Positions 18,441-28,789 of a DNA stretch of 64,000 nucleotides are shown in pieces. The translations under genes and the position numbers were made by a program. The notes below the pieces were generated by a model. That model was not told the origin of the DNA. It was given only the letters and a program-made list of their open reading frames with translations, and did not search any database. Origin of the DNA: Vulcanimicrobiota bacterium (GTDB lineage Bacteria > Vulcanimicrobiota > Vulcanimicrobiia > Vulcanimicrobiales > Vulcanimicrobiaceae); assembly GCA_963777315.1 (NCBI GenBank), contig CAVZQC010000001.1:224001-288000 (forward strand). The letters are read 5' to 3'. The number at the start of each line of letters is the position of its first letter. Position 1 is the stretch's first letter.

Positions 18441-19238
18441 TTACAGGTTCGAAAGCGCGGCGATAGCCGCCTTTACAGCGATGCCGTGTATGGAGATGCG
18501 TGCCTCCAACGCCGCAGCGGTCGGTGTTTCGAAGGTCAACGCTCGCTTTGCCGCGCGCCGCGCGATCGCCATCGTGTAGGACAACCCGCCCAACGAGTCG
18601 CTCTCCGGCGTTTTTGCCGGCCGCACGACGCCCTCGTCCAGCTCGGCGCGTTCGAACGGCGCTCCCAGATCGCACGCCTCTAGGTCTTGAATCGCAACGC
18701 CGCTTTCGCGCAGGCGCGCTATCACGGTGCGGCCCAAGTCGCCCGCGCCGTACTCGTAACAGTAAAATCCACGAGCGTCGCAGTCCTCGTGCAAATCGAT
18801 CGACAGCGCAAACTTGCGATTCCGGTTGGCGGTAACGATGGCGCGCGTTTCGGGCGTCTGTCCGCCGCGACCGAAGCTGCGGTTCACGTCCTGTCCTTCG
18901 GCGTTCGTCCGCGTTCCGCGGCGGTAGCCGCTGGGATTCGTGCACGGCCAGATCCGATACGCATACCGCGCGTCGGGAGGCCCGTTTTCAAACAACGCCA
19001 GCAATGCCCAAGGGCCGGCGGGCTCGTCGCCGTGAACGCCGGCGGCGAGTGCAACGGCCGGCGCGGCGGCGTCCCCGAACTCCGCGCACAGCAGCGTGCG
19101 CGCGGCACCGGCGCAGGCAACTTCGCGCACGCTGATGTCGCCGCGCGCGCGCAGCGCTTTCCAGCGCGCCTCGAGATCGTCGTAACCGTCTACGATAGGC
19201 GCTCGTTGATGCGATCGGCCGTCTGCTGCGCGGTCCAC
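18441..19238 (-). CDS. M14 family metallocarboxypeptidase / desuccinylase-like (start uncertain)
   Basis: GVHGDE, NPSG, DVNRSF, IDLHED, TFETP. Confidence 0.85.
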   Translation of the reverse strand: MDRAADGRSHQRAPIVDGYDDLEARWKALRARGDISVREVACAGAARTLLCAEFGDAAAPAVALAAGVHGDEPAGPWALLALFENGPPDARYAYRIWPCTNPSGYRRGTRTNAEGQDVNRSFGRGGQTPETRAIVTANRNRKFALSIDLHEDCDARGFYCYEYGAGDLGRTVIARLRESGVAIQDLEACDLGAPFERAELDEGVVRPAKTPESDSLGGLSYTMAIARRAAKRALTFETPTAAALEARISIHGIAVKAAIAALSNL

Positions 19239-19849
19239 CCGCCGTGCCGTGCAATGCGAAAAGCGTATGCCAGCACACCGGCCACGTCTTTGGCGTCAGT
19301 GCTTTCTCCCAAGCGTTGCCACAGCTGCTCGGCATCGCCGCCCGGCTCGGTGCGTTCGAGAATTTGGTCGAGCGTAAGCCATAATCTGTCGGCGGGACCT
19401 TCGACCGACGCGCTTTTCAAAACGTCTCGCGTTTTGTCGCGCAGTTCCTCGGGATTAACGTGCAGTGCGGCAAGCAGCTCGTTGGGCGATTTGCACGCGC
19501 GCAGGTATCCCATCATCAGATGTTCGGCGCCGATATACCGGTGGCCGAACTTGCGTGCTTCGTCGAACGAACACTCGATCAGGTGCTTTGCTTCCTGGGT
19601 GAAGGTCATCCCCTCAGACGGGTTTGTCCCTTGACCCGTGCCGATGATGGTCCGCGCAGCCTCGAGCGTCTTGGGTTCGTCGGCGCCCAGCGATGCCGCG
19701 ATCTGCGCGGCCTCACTTTGTCCTTCCATCACGATCCCGGCAAAAATATGAGCCGGCCCGATGTACGGGGTTTTCAGCCGCTCGGCAACTTCTTGCGCGC
19801 GAATGATCGCACGCCGGGCCACTTCGGTAAAGGGCTCCCACATGCTCAT
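19190..19849 (-). CDS. Clp N-terminal repeat domain protein without ATPase
   Basis: FTEVARRAIIRAQEVA, IGPAHI, FTQEAK, HRYIGAEHL. Confidence 0.8.
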   Translation of the reverse strand: MSMWEPFTEVARRAIIRAQEVAERLKTPYIGPAHIFAGIVMEGQSEAAQIAASLGADEPKTLEAARTIIGTGQGTNPSEGMTFTQEAKHLIECSFDEARKFGHRYIGAEHLMMGYLRACKSPNELLAALHVNPEELRDKTRDVLKSASVEGPADRLWLTLDQILERTEPGGDAEQLWQRLGESTDAKDVAGVLAYAFRIARHGGWTAQQTADRINERLS

Positions 19850-19850
19850 A

Positions 19851-21092
19851 TCAATCGTGAGTCCATTCCAGCATCGCCTTCCACTCGTTCTTGGGAAAAC
19901 GCTGTTTGCTTTTAATCGTATCGAGGTACTTGCGCTTGCCGCTGCGGTTGCCCTTACCCATGAAACATCCGCCGACTAGGCGGTTCTCCCAAAAATACAG
20001 CGCACGATACCATTTCTTTTCGCCGTCGAGGGTGCATACCGTTTCGATGTCCTTGCGGTATTCGGGCGAAAGGCCGAACTGCGTGATGGTTTGGCCTTTG
20101 AAGAGCAGGCTGGAATATTCGGGAACGTCGTCGTACTTCACGCTTGCGCCCATCATGTTTTGCGCGGCGACTTTTCCGTGCGCACCCGCGTTGTTCCACG
20201 TTCCCATGCGGTAGCGCATTTCCAGGATGGGATCGTAGAAGTCCGCGATGTCTCCCGCGGCAAAAACGCCTCTGACGTTCGTTTCAAGTCCGTCGCCGCA
20301 CAAGATGCCGTTCTTGCTGGTTTCGATGGCGGTGCCTTGCAGCATTTCAACGTTCATCGCCAGCCCCAATCCGACGCCGTAACACTGCGCGTCGATGTCG
20401 GCGCCGCTTTTGAGGCGCACCTTTCTGACCACGCCGTTGTCGCGTACGAATTCGGCGATCTGGTCGTTGTAATGCATGTGCACGCCGTCCGTTTTAGCGG
20501 CCTGGTCGATCAGTTCGCCGGCCTGCTCGTCGAGCATCCGGTGCAGCACCCGAGGGCCGCGCATGACCCAATGCGTTTCCACTTTGCGTGAGATGAAGGC
20601 TTCGGCCAACTCGTAGGCGATGAACGACCCGCCGATCGCGACGCCCGCTTTTGCGGTTTCCAGTTCGCGCGAGATCGCCAAGGTGTCGCTCATGTATTGA
20701 AAATTGTAGACGTTGGCTCCATCCGCGCCGGCTGCAGGGTGGGGATTGGGGCGCCCGCCCGTGGCGATCAAAACGGCATCGTACGGGTAGCTTTTTCCTT
20801 GCGCGACCACGACGTTCTCGTCCGGCACGATCGCCTCTACGCGAGTCTCCAAATGCAGTTCGATGTTTTGCTTTTCGTGCCAGGCTGCGTCGCGCATGAT
20901 CACCTTTTGCTCGGTGACTTGTTTGCGCAGGAGCGGCGGCAGCGCTATACGGTTATACAGGGTGTATGGTTCGTCGGTGAACAACACGATCGTGCACGAG
21001 GGATCGTGCTTGCGCAGCTGCTCGGCCGCGGTCGTACCGGCAAATCCGTTTCCGACGATGACGTATCGCCGAAAATCTCCGGCTGCATTCAC
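19851..21092 (-). CDS. NAD(P)/FAD-dependent oxidoreductase (ferredoxin/rubredoxin reductase-like)
   Basis: IVGNGFAG, IATGG, IGGSFIA, TNVRGVFAAGD. Confidence 0.85.
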   Translation of the reverse strand: MNAAGDFRRYVIVGNGFAGTTAAEQLRKHDPSCTIVLFTDEPYTLYNRIALPPLLRKQVTEQKVIMRDAAWHEKQNIELHLETRVEAIVPDENVVVAQGKSYPYDAVLIATGGRPNPHPAAGADGANVYNFQYMSDTLAISRELETAKAGVAIGGSFIAYELAEAFISRKVETHWVMRGPRVLHRMLDEQAGELIDQAAKTDGVHMHYNDQIAEFVRDNGVVRKVRLKSGADIDAQCYGVGLGLAMNVEMLQGTAIETSKNGILCGDGLETNVRGVFAAGDIADFYDPILEMRYRMGTWNNAGAHGKVAAQNMMGASVKYDDVPEYSSLLFKGQTITQFGLSPEYRKDIETVCTLDGEKKWYRALYFWENRLVGGCFMGKGNRSGKRKYLDTIKSKQRFPKNEWKAMLEWTHD

Positions 21093-22255
21093 GAAAGCCC
21101 CGGTTCGGGGTGCGACAGCCCCAGGCCCACCATCATCTCAAAACCGACGGCGAGCGCGCGTTCGTCGATGTCGTACTGGGCGCTGTGCTGGGGAAAGGTG
21201 CCGAGCTGCATTCCGCGCGCTCCGACGATGAAGTAGGCGCCCGGGCGCTCCGCCAGCATGTACGCCATGTCTTCCGCCCACATCACCACGTCGTGCGGAT
21301 AAACCACGTTCTGCTCGCCCAGCACGCGCGCGCCCACCGTTCGAACGATCTCGTTCATGCGCGGATCGTTGACGGTCGGCGGATATCCGTATCGGTATTT
21401 CAGGTCGTATTCGACCCGCATTGCGCGGGCAAGCCCGCTCACGATGCGCTCCATGCGTTCGGGCATCGATGCGCGCACGCCCGCATCGAAGCTGCGCACC
21501 GTGCCTTCCATGAGCGCCTCGCTGGGGATCACGTTGAACGTCGAGCCGGCATGGAATTTTCCAACGGTGAAAACCGCCGGATCCTTGGGTGCGATTTCGC
21601 GGCTGACGATCGTTTGCAGCATCGTCACGAAATGCGCTCCTGCCACGATCGGGTCGATCGCGCGCTCGGGCATTGCCCCGTGGCCGCCCTTGCCGCGAAT
21701 CGCCAGGTGGAATTCGTCCGAGGAAGCGAAGAACGGACCGTCGCGTACGCCGATCTTTCCCACGTCCAGGCCGCTGAACAGGTGCAGCGCGAAACAGCGA
21801 TCGACGTGCGGCCTTTCCAGCGCTCCGTCTTCGATCATCAGTTTGTTGCCGGCATAACCTTCTTCACCCGGCTGAAAGCACAGGACCAGCGTTCCGGCAA
21901 TCTCCGCGCGGCGCGCCGCCAGCTCCCGCGCGGCACACAGCAATATGGCTATGTGGCCGTCGTGCCCGCACGCATGCATGACGCCGTCATTGCGCGACCG
22001 GTACTCGACGTCGGATACTTCGGTTACGGGCAGCGCATCCATGTCTGCGCGCAAGAGCGTCACCGGGCCGGGCTTACCGCCGCAAAGCGTAGCCAAAACG
22101 CCCGTGCCGCCGACACCGGTTCGCATATCGTCCGGTTGCAGCTCGCGCATTTCGCGTTCGATATACGCTGCCGTCCCGAACTCTTTGAGCGACAGTTCCG
22201 GATGCATGTGAAAATGGCGCCGGTGCCGGACCAGTTCACGTTCGGGCGCTTTCAT
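21089..22255 (-). CDS. M20 family amidohydrolase
   Basis: HMHPELS, LRADMDALP, MHACGHDGH, QPGEE. Confidence 0.93.
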   Translation of the reverse strand: MKAPERELVRHRRHFHMHPELSLKEFGTAAYIEREMRELQPDDMRTGVGGTGVLATLCGGKPGPVTLLRADMDALPVTEVSDVEYRSRNDGVMHACGHDGHIAILLCAARELAARRAEIAGTLVLCFQPGEEGYAGNKLMIEDGALERPHVDRCFALHLFSGLDVGKIGVRDGPFFASSDEFHLAIRGKGGHGAMPERAIDPIVAGAHFVTMLQTIVSREIAPKDPAVFTVGKFHAGSTFNVIPSEALMEGTVRSFDAGVRASMPERMERIVSGLARAMRVEYDLKYRYGYPPTVNDPRMNEIVRTVGARVLGEQNVVYPHDVVMWAEDMAYMLAERPGAYFIVGARGMQLGTFPQHSAQYDIDERALAVGFEMMVGLGLSHPEPGLS

Positions 22256-23010
22256 AGCGGCACGACGTCGGCTTTGTAGCGGTAATGCCCAATGGTCGGC
22301 AGGCAGTATGCGGTGGCGGGGGCGTACTTTGAGAGTTTCGCGGCTTCCACGGCGGCACGGTCGAACCCGTACGTCTTCGAACCTTCCACCACTTCGGCGT
22401 TTGCCACGCTCCCATCCGGCAAGACCGTAACGTCCACCACTGCCGTTCCGGGAAACGTTGCTTGGCCGGGAGAGAACTGCGGCTCGACGACGGTGAGCGC
22501 GCGGACCGGCGCAAAGGGCTGCGCGCAATCCATGCGACCGTACGGAGCGCGAATGGTCGCGGCTATGACGACGTCGCCCGGCGACGGGGAGCGCGCCACC
22601 GAATCACCCACGGCCGCAGGAAGCTTCTGCAGGGTTTCTTGCGGCGGATAACAGCCTTCACCGGGATCGTCCAGCCACGCGCGCCGAATCCGGATCGGTT
22701 CGGGAAACCGCGCATAGAGAACGCGCGAGGCGAAACTGCCCGCTTCTTTGCGATCGGTCCTCACCGGCCCGAACGCAATCCTAAACCAGCCGCGGTCCGA
22801 GTCGAGGGCAACGGATCCCGACAGCTCGCGCGTTTTCGGCGACGTCAAAAAAAAGCCGAACACGGTACGCGCGGCGTTCGCCGGCAGAAAGCCGACCGCG
22901 GCTGCCGGACACTGCTGCTGCGCCGCAGCGGCCGCTCGCGGCTGCGCAGCAATGGTCAGGAAAGCGGTAACTGCGGCAAGCAGAGCCGTTTTCAACGCGC
23001 GATTGCTCAC
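22252..23010 (-). CDS. Exported protein with TonB C-terminal domain
   Basis: Signal-like N-terminus; GTAVVDVTVLPDGSVANAEVVEGS...FDRAAVEAAK. Confidence 0.7.
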   Translation of the reverse strand: MSNRALKTALLAAVTAFLTIAAQPRAAAAAQQQCPAAAVGFLPANAARTVFGFFLTSPKTRELSGSVALDSDRGWFRIAFGPVRTDRKEAGSFASRVLYARFPEPIRIRRAWLDDPGEGCYPPQETLQKLPAAVGDSVARSPSPGDVVIAATIRAPYGRMDCAQPFAPVRALTVVEPQFSPGQATFPGTAVVDVTVLPDGSVANAEVVEGSKTYGFDRAAVEAAKLSKYAPATAYCLPTIGHYRYKADVVPL

Positions 23011-23061
23011 GGTGCCGCCTTCGCGCAGGATTCGAGCGCGGTCCTGCGTGACTACGAGCCT

Positions 23062-24087
23062 GTGGCGCCAGACACGCAATCCTCGCCAACGTTCGAACGG
23101 CACGGGCTTTCCGACGAGCAACTCGTGGAACTGTGGCGGATCATGCTCCTGCACCGGCGCTTGGAATCGCGCGGCTTCGAACTCAACCGCCAGGGGAAAA
23201 TACCCTTTGCCTCCGCGGGTGAAGGGCACGAGGCGGTGCAAGCCGGCGCTGCCATGGCGTTCGAGCGCGGCAAGGACGTTCTGGTTCCGTACTATCGCGA
23301 TCTGGGACTGGATTTGGGCATCGGTCTATCGCCCTACGAAGTCCTGCTCTCGCTGTTCGCGCGCGCGGCCGACCACAGCGGCGGACGTCAATTTCCGCAT
23401 CACTACGCGAGCAAACGCTTGGGCCGTCAAACGATCAGTTCGATCATCGCCGCTCAAACGTCGCACGCGGTCGGAGCGGCGTATGCGATGCAATACCGCA
23501 AAGAGCGCGGGCGCGCTGTGCTCACGACGTTCGGCGACGGAGCGACCAGCGAAGGCGAATGGCACGAGTCCGTCAACTTTGCCGCGGTCCATCGTCTCCC
23601 GATCGTCTTTCTGTGCGAAAACAACGAGTGGGCAATTTCGACGCCGTTGTCACGGCAGATGGGGCAGCCGGACGTGTACGAGCGCGCAGCCGGCTATGCC
23701 ATGCCCGGCGTAAGGGTGGACGGATTCGATCCGATTGCATGCTACGCAGCGGTCAAAGAAGGTTTGCGTCGCGCCCGGGATGGGGACGGCCCGACGCTGA
23801 TCGAAGCCAAATGCTATCGTTTCCTCGCGCATACCACGGATGACGATGACCGCACCTACCGCTCCCGGGGCGAGGTGGACGAGCGCCGCAAAAGCGACCC
23901 CGTGCCGGGTTTCGAGCGCTTTTTGATCGAGCATGGAGTGCTGAGCGCTGCGCAGGCAGAAGCACTGAAGTCTCGCATACTTGGCGAGGCGAACCAAGCC
24001 ACCGATGCGGCCGAAGCTATGCCGTATCCGAAACCCGCCGACCTGTACGCGAATGTGCACGCAGGCTCTTGGGAACCATGGCAGTGA
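23062..24087 (+). CDS. 2-oxoacid dehydrogenase E1 alpha subunit, copy 1
   Basis: GHEAVQ, PYYRD, GDGATSEG..N TPP motif, YRFLAHTTDD. Confidence 0.92.
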   Translation: MAPDTQSSPTFERHGLSDEQLVELWRIMLLHRRLESRGFELNRQGKIPFASAGEGHEAVQAGAAMAFERGKDVLVPYYRDLGLDLGIGLSPYEVLLSLFARAADHSGGRQFPHHYASKRLGRQTISSIIAAQTSHAVGAAYAMQYRKERGRAVLTTFGDGATSEGEWHESVNFAAVHRLPIVFLCENNEWAISTPLSRQMGQPDVYERAAGYAMPGVRVDGFDPIACYAAVKEGLRRARDGDGPTLIEAKCYRFLAHTTDDDDRTYRSRGEVDERRKSDPVPGFERFLIEHGVLSAAQAEALKSRILGEANQATDAAEAMPYPKPADLYANVHAGSWEPWQ

Positions 24088-24106
24088 CGAGTAGGACGAT
24101 GAAGTA

Positions 24107-25135
24107 ATGGCAAAGAGCGAAACCCAAATGCGCGCGGCGCTCGAACGGCACGGATTATCGGACGATCAGCTCAAAGCGATCTTTCGAACCATGCTGCTGC
24201 AGCGCCAACTCGACAACCGCGGATTCCAGCTGAACCGCCAAGGCAAAGTGCCGTTCGCGCTGGGCAGTGAAGGCCACGAAGCGCTCCAGGCCGGCGCCGC
24301 AATGGCGTTCCAGCGCGGCAAAGACATCCTGGCGCCGTATTATCGCGATCTCGGGCTGGCGATCGGCATCGGCTTGTCGCCCTACGAGATCATGCTCTCG
24401 ATTTTCGCGCGGGCCGACGACCACAACGGCGGGCGTCAGTTTCCCAACCATTATTCGTCCAAAAAGGCCGGCCTGATGACGTTTTCTTCGATTCTGGCCG
24501 CCCATATTCCGCACGCCGTAGGGGCAGCGTTTGCGATCAAATATCGCGCCGAAACGGGGCGCGCCGTGCTGGTTACGTGCGGCGATGGAACCACCAGCGA
24601 AGGCGAGTGGCACGAATCGGTCAATTTCGCCGCCGTCCACAAGCTGCCCATCGTGTTTCTGATCGAGAACAATCAGTGGGCCATTTCCACGCCGCTGCGC
24701 CAGCAGATGGGACAGCCCGATATCTACAAACGCGCCGGCGGGTATGGAATGCCGGGCGAGCAATTCGACGGCTTCGATCCGATTGCGACGTACGACGCGG
24801 TAAACCGCGCGATGGAACGCGCGCGCAGCGGCGATGGCCCGAGTCTGGTCGAAGGCATCTGCTACCGCTTTTTGGCTCACTCGACCGACGACAACGACAT
24901 GACGTACCGCACCAAAGACGAAGTGAGTGAGAACCGTAAACACGATCCCGTTCCGCGGTTCGAACGGGTACTGCTCGACGCGGGAATCATGACGCAAGCG
25001 CAGATCGACGAAATGAAGAAGGCCGTCCTCGCGCAAACGAACGAAGCGACCGACGCAGCGGAAGCGATGCCGTATCCGACCGCGGCGGATCTGTACGAAC
25101 ACGTCTATGAAGGAGCGTGGGAACCGTGGCAGTAG
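24107..25135 (+). CDS. 2-oxoacid dehydrogenase E1 alpha subunit, copy 2
   Basis: GHEALQ, PYYRD, GDGTTSEG, YRFLAHSTDD. Confidence 0.93.
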   Translation: MAKSETQMRAALERHGLSDDQLKAIFRTMLLQRQLDNRGFQLNRQGKVPFALGSEGHEALQAGAAMAFQRGKDILAPYYRDLGLAIGIGLSPYEIMLSIFARADDHNGGRQFPNHYSSKKAGLMTFSSILAAHIPHAVGAAFAIKYRAETGRAVLVTCGDGTTSEGEWHESVNFAAVHKLPIVFLIENNQWAISTPLRQQMGQPDIYKRAGGYGMPGEQFDGFDPIATYDAVNRAMERARSGDGPSLVEGICYRFLAHSTDDNDMTYRTKDEVSENRKHDPVPRFERVLLDAGIMTQAQIDEMKKAVLAQTNEATDAAEAMPYPTAADLYEHVYEGAWEPWQ

Positions 25136-26130
25136 CGACTTCTTCTTCCCAAACGCTCAACAACGTCGAGGCCGTGCGCGCGACGCTGTACGAAGCGCTC
25201 AAGAGCGACGAACGCACGGTGATTCTGGGCGAAGACGTCGGCAACCGCGGCAACGTCTTTCTCATCACCAAAGATTTCATCAAGGAGTTCGGCCCCGAGC
25301 GCGTGATCGACACGCCTATCGCCGAGGCGTCGATCGTCGGCATTGCCGTGGGCATGGCCATGGAAGGATTGCGGCCCATCGCCGAGATTCAGTTTGCCGA
25401 CTTCATCTACCCCGCGTTCAACCAGATCGTCGGAGAAGCGGCCAAAACCAGATACCGCAGCAACGGCGAGTATACGTGCCCATTGGTCATCCGCACGCCG
25501 TACGGCGGCGGCGTGCGCGGCGCGCTCTCGCACTCGGTGTGCATCGAAGCGCTCTTCTACCACGTTCCGGGCCTGAAGATCGTAGCGCCGTCTTTCCCGG
25601 CGGACGTCAAGGGGCTGCTGAACGCGGCCATCGACGACCCGGATCCGGTGCTGTTCCTCGAGCATAAGAAAACGTATCGCCTCATCAAGGGCGACGTCCC
25701 GGACGGTCATTACACGATTCCGATCGGGAAAGCCGAAGTGAAAAAGGCCGGCAGCCGGCTCACGGTGGTCTCCTACGGTTTGTACGTTCATTGGGCGATC
25801 CAAGCCGCCCAGGAGCTGGAGAAAGAAGGCATGTCGGTCGAAGTGATCGACTTGCGGTCGATTCGGCCGATGGATCGCGGCACGATACTCGAAAGCGTGC
25901 GCAAGACGCAAAAGCTGCTGATCGTCCACGAGGACAACAAGTTCGGCGGCGTCGGCGCGGAGATCAGCGCGATGGTGGCCGAGGAAGCGCTCTTCGATTT
26001 GGACGCACCGATTCGCCGCTTGTGCGCCCCGGACGTTCCAGCCATGGGCTATGCGCTTCCGCTCGAGGAAGAGTATATGAGCTCGCCCGCCGAGATGGCG
26101 CAGGTAATGCGCGAGATGGTGAGGTTCTGA
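25126..26130 (+). CDS. 2-oxoacid dehydrogenase E1 beta subunit
   Basis: LGEDVG, RVIDTPIAE, EIQFADF, FLEHK, IDLRSI. Confidence 0.95.
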   Translation: MAVATSSSQTLNNVEAVRATLYEALKSDERTVILGEDVGNRGNVFLITKDFIKEFGPERVIDTPIAEASIVGIAVGMAMEGLRPIAEIQFADFIYPAFNQIVGEAAKTRYRSNGEYTCPLVIRTPYGGGVRGALSHSVCIEALFYHVPGLKIVAPSFPADVKGLLNAAIDDPDPVLFLEHKKTYRLIKGDVPDGHYTIPIGKAEVKKAGSRLTVVSYGLYVHWAIQAAQELEKEGMSVEVIDLRSIRPMDRGTILESVRKTQKLLIVHEDNKFGGVGAEISAMVAEEALFDLDAPIRRLCAPDVPAMGYALPLEEEYMSSPAEMAQVMREMVRF

Positions 26131-26131
26131 C

Positions 26132-27430
26132 GTGGCAACCACGATAACGATGCCGCAGCTCGGCGAAACCGTAACCGAGGGAACGGTGGAGCGGTGGCTG
26201 AAAAAAGCCGGCGACGCGGTTGAAAAATACGAAGCCTTTTTGGAGGTTTCAACCGACAAGGTCAATTCCGAAGTGCCTGCGCCGGTCACCGGCACCATTC
26301 GCGAAATTCTGGTGCAGGAAGGCACGACCGTCGCGACCGGCACCCCGATCGCGGTCATCGACGATGCAGCTGCTGCGCCGGCAGCACCGGCCGGCCCCGC
26401 GCAAGCGGCGTCGGCGCCCGTACCCGCGCCTGCAGCCGCGCCCGCCGCGGCGGCGCGGGCCAACGGCCAAGGCACGACGACGCCGGCCAACGGCGCGCAG
26501 ACCGCACTGCGCGGCGCCTCGCCCGCGGTACGCAGGCTCGCCCGCGAACACCAAATCGACATTCGCGCTATTGCGGGTTCGGGGACGAACGGACGCGTGA
26601 CGGCGCAAGACGTTCTCGGCGCAGCTCGCATGGGCCCGGCTGCCGCGGTCGGCCAAGCGATCGCGGTTGGCACGAATTTCGCCGCCACCGGCGCACCGGG
26701 GCAAAAGGCCGCCAGCACGTATGCGCAGCCGATGCCTGGTTCGATCGTTCCTCTGAGTTCCGCGCGCCGCATCATTGCCGAGCGAATGGTCGAGAGCAAG
26801 CACACCGCGCCGCATGCGTGGTCCATGGTGCAAGTCGACGTCACCAACGTTTGGAAATGGCGCGTGCGCGAAAAGGACCGCTTCGAGCGCGAAACGGGCT
26901 ACAAGCTCACGCTGCTGCCGTTCTTCATCCGCGCGGTAATCGAATCGCTCTCGGCGTTTCCGCTGATGAACGCCAAGTTCACGCCGGACGGCATTTACGT
27001 CGAAAAAGACGTCAACATCGGCATCGCCATCGGTTTGCCGGCCAATCTCGTGGTCCCGGTAATAAAGCACGCGGACAAGCTGTCGATCAAGGGGCTTGCG
27101 GCCGCGGCCGGCGATATCGTGGACCGAGCGCGCCGCAGCAAACTTTCTGCCGACGACGTGCAAGGCGGCACGTTCACCGTCAACAACAACGGCGCAAATG
27201 GCTCGTACGCGTCCGCGCCGATCATCAACGGCGGCCAAGCCGGCATCGTCACGATGGAAACCGTCGTCAAGCAGCCCGTCGTGACCGCCGACGACGCGAT
27301 TGCCATCCGCCACATGATGAACGTGTGCCTTTCACTGGATCATCGCGTGGTCGATGGTTACGTCGCGAGCGGCTTTTTAGCCGATCTCAAGCGGCGAATC
27401 GAAGCGATGGGGCCCGACGGCGAACTATAG
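26132..27430 (+). CDS. Dihydrolipoamide acyltransferase E2
   Basis: Lipoyl domain STDKV; E3-binding ASPAVRRLARE; catalytic DHRVVDG. Confidence 0.95.
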   Translation: MATTITMPQLGETVTEGTVERWLKKAGDAVEKYEAFLEVSTDKVNSEVPAPVTGTIREILVQEGTTVATGTPIAVIDDAAAAPAAPAGPAQAASAPVPAPAAAPAAAARANGQGTTTPANGAQTALRGASPAVRRLAREHQIDIRAIAGSGTNGRVTAQDVLGAARMGPAAAVGQAIAVGTNFAATGAPGQKAASTYAQPMPGSIVPLSSARRIIAERMVESKHTAPHAWSMVQVDVTNVWKWRVREKDRFERETGYKLTLLPFFIRAVIESLSAFPLMNAKFTPDGIYVEKDVNIGIAIGLPANLVVPVIKHADKLSIKGLAAAAGDIVDRARRSKLSADDVQGGTFTVNNNGANGSYASAPIINGGQAGIVTMETVVKQPVVTADDAIAIRHMMNVCLSLDHRVVDGYVASGFLADLKRRIEAMGPDGEL

Positions 27431-27667
27431 CTACCTGGCCGCGACGTAGACTGCGGAAAAGACGCGGACCAAATGGTCCAGCGCGATCACCAGCACCCAA
27501 AAGGCCGCCAGCGCCGCAAGAACCACGAGCGATTGGGCGCGTTCGCGAGACCTGGCTTTTTTGCGGGAACCGGCATCCATGCAAAAAGTATCGCATTGCA
27601 AACGAGCGGCCGAACGAGTCCTTGGGGCTGGGGTGCGGGTCCTAGTGGCCCTTAACGGCGTCCGCCG

Positions 27668-27862
27668 CTAGCGAATCATCGGGGTAGAGTATTCTCCGAC
27701 GAAAAAGTTAAGCATGAAGACCACTACCCAGAACGCCGCGATAGCGGCCAGCAACACGATCGATTGAGCTCGCTCGCGCAGCCGAGCGCTGTGCCGCAAG
27801 GGCAAATCCTTGGGCAGCAGACCAACCGTACTCTGGGATCGAGCGGAATAATGCTTCACCAC
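27668..27862 (-). CDS. Small hypothetical membrane protein
   Basis: 64-aa ORF with one hydrophobic helix in an otherwise empty gap. Confidence 0.35.
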   Translation of the reverse strand: MVKHYSARSQSTVGLLPKDLPLRHSARLRERAQSIVLLAAIAAFWVVVFMLNFFVGEYSTPMIR

Positions 27863-27895
27863 AAGCTTATTCCCGGCACTCCTGCGGGCGAACCG

Positions 27896-28761
27896 TCATC
27901 TCAGACCCAACACGTTTGCAAGGTTCGCACTATCGTCGACGATAGCCTCGATTTTGCCCCCCGGAGATGTCAGCAAGGTAGTCACGCCGGGCCCGTGGCC
28001 GGCGATGAACGAGCGGCCATGCACGACGACGCCGACCGAGATGGCCCCGGTACGGTACACTCGCCCGAACGAGTGGTCGGCGTCCACGATGGCGACGAAA
28101 TCGCCCAAACGCAAATCGCGCAAGCCATATTGCTGCGACAGCGCCTCATCGAAGGTTTGGATGTCGCAATCGCCCCGGACGACGGTCGAGCGGCCGAGCC
28201 CCGAACCCATGACCGCGGCCGGCACCAGCTTTGCGACGCGCGCGCGCACCGTTTGCCCGCGCAGCTCCGGAGCCCAGCGCTCGAGCAAATCCGATCGGCG
28301 TTGAACACCTTGACGTCGGGCGCATCCAGCAGCCGCATCCCCTGCCCGCAGCCCCAGACCTGGACTTTGTCGCCGATGGCCATCTTGCGCATAATCTCCG
28401 GCTCGAAATCGACGATCACGTGTTCGACCCCGCCGTGTTTGCCCGTTACGCGCCCCACCGCTCCTTTGGCATCGCCGCCGACGACTACCGCTTCGTTGCC
28501 GATGCATGCCATCGCGTTCAGCGCCGCGTTTTGCCGGTCGTCCGGCGCGCGCATGCTGACCGCCGGCTCTATGTGGTCCGCTGCAAAAGCGAACGCCGCG
28601 TCGCCGACGCGAACGTTCGGGTTGATTCCCCCAACGCTGGGAAGGATTCGAGCTTCTCCTTCGCAGCCGACGTCGTACCGGCCCGAATTCAGTTGCGCCG
28701 GGGCAATTTCGCCCATCACTGCGCAAATGACCAATTCCGAGCGGTTGATGCGAAGGCTCAC
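27896..28761 (-). pseudogene. DUF4438-like protein with a frameshift near 28293 (possibly a sequencing error)
   Basis: PSVGGINPNVRVGD, DHIEPAVS and CIGN in one frame; MGSGLG, GDCDI and GHGPGV in another; adding one C (GATC[C]GGAT) joins them. Confidence 0.7.
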
Positions 28762-28789
28762 GATACGGCGTACCTCGAAGCGAGCGGAT

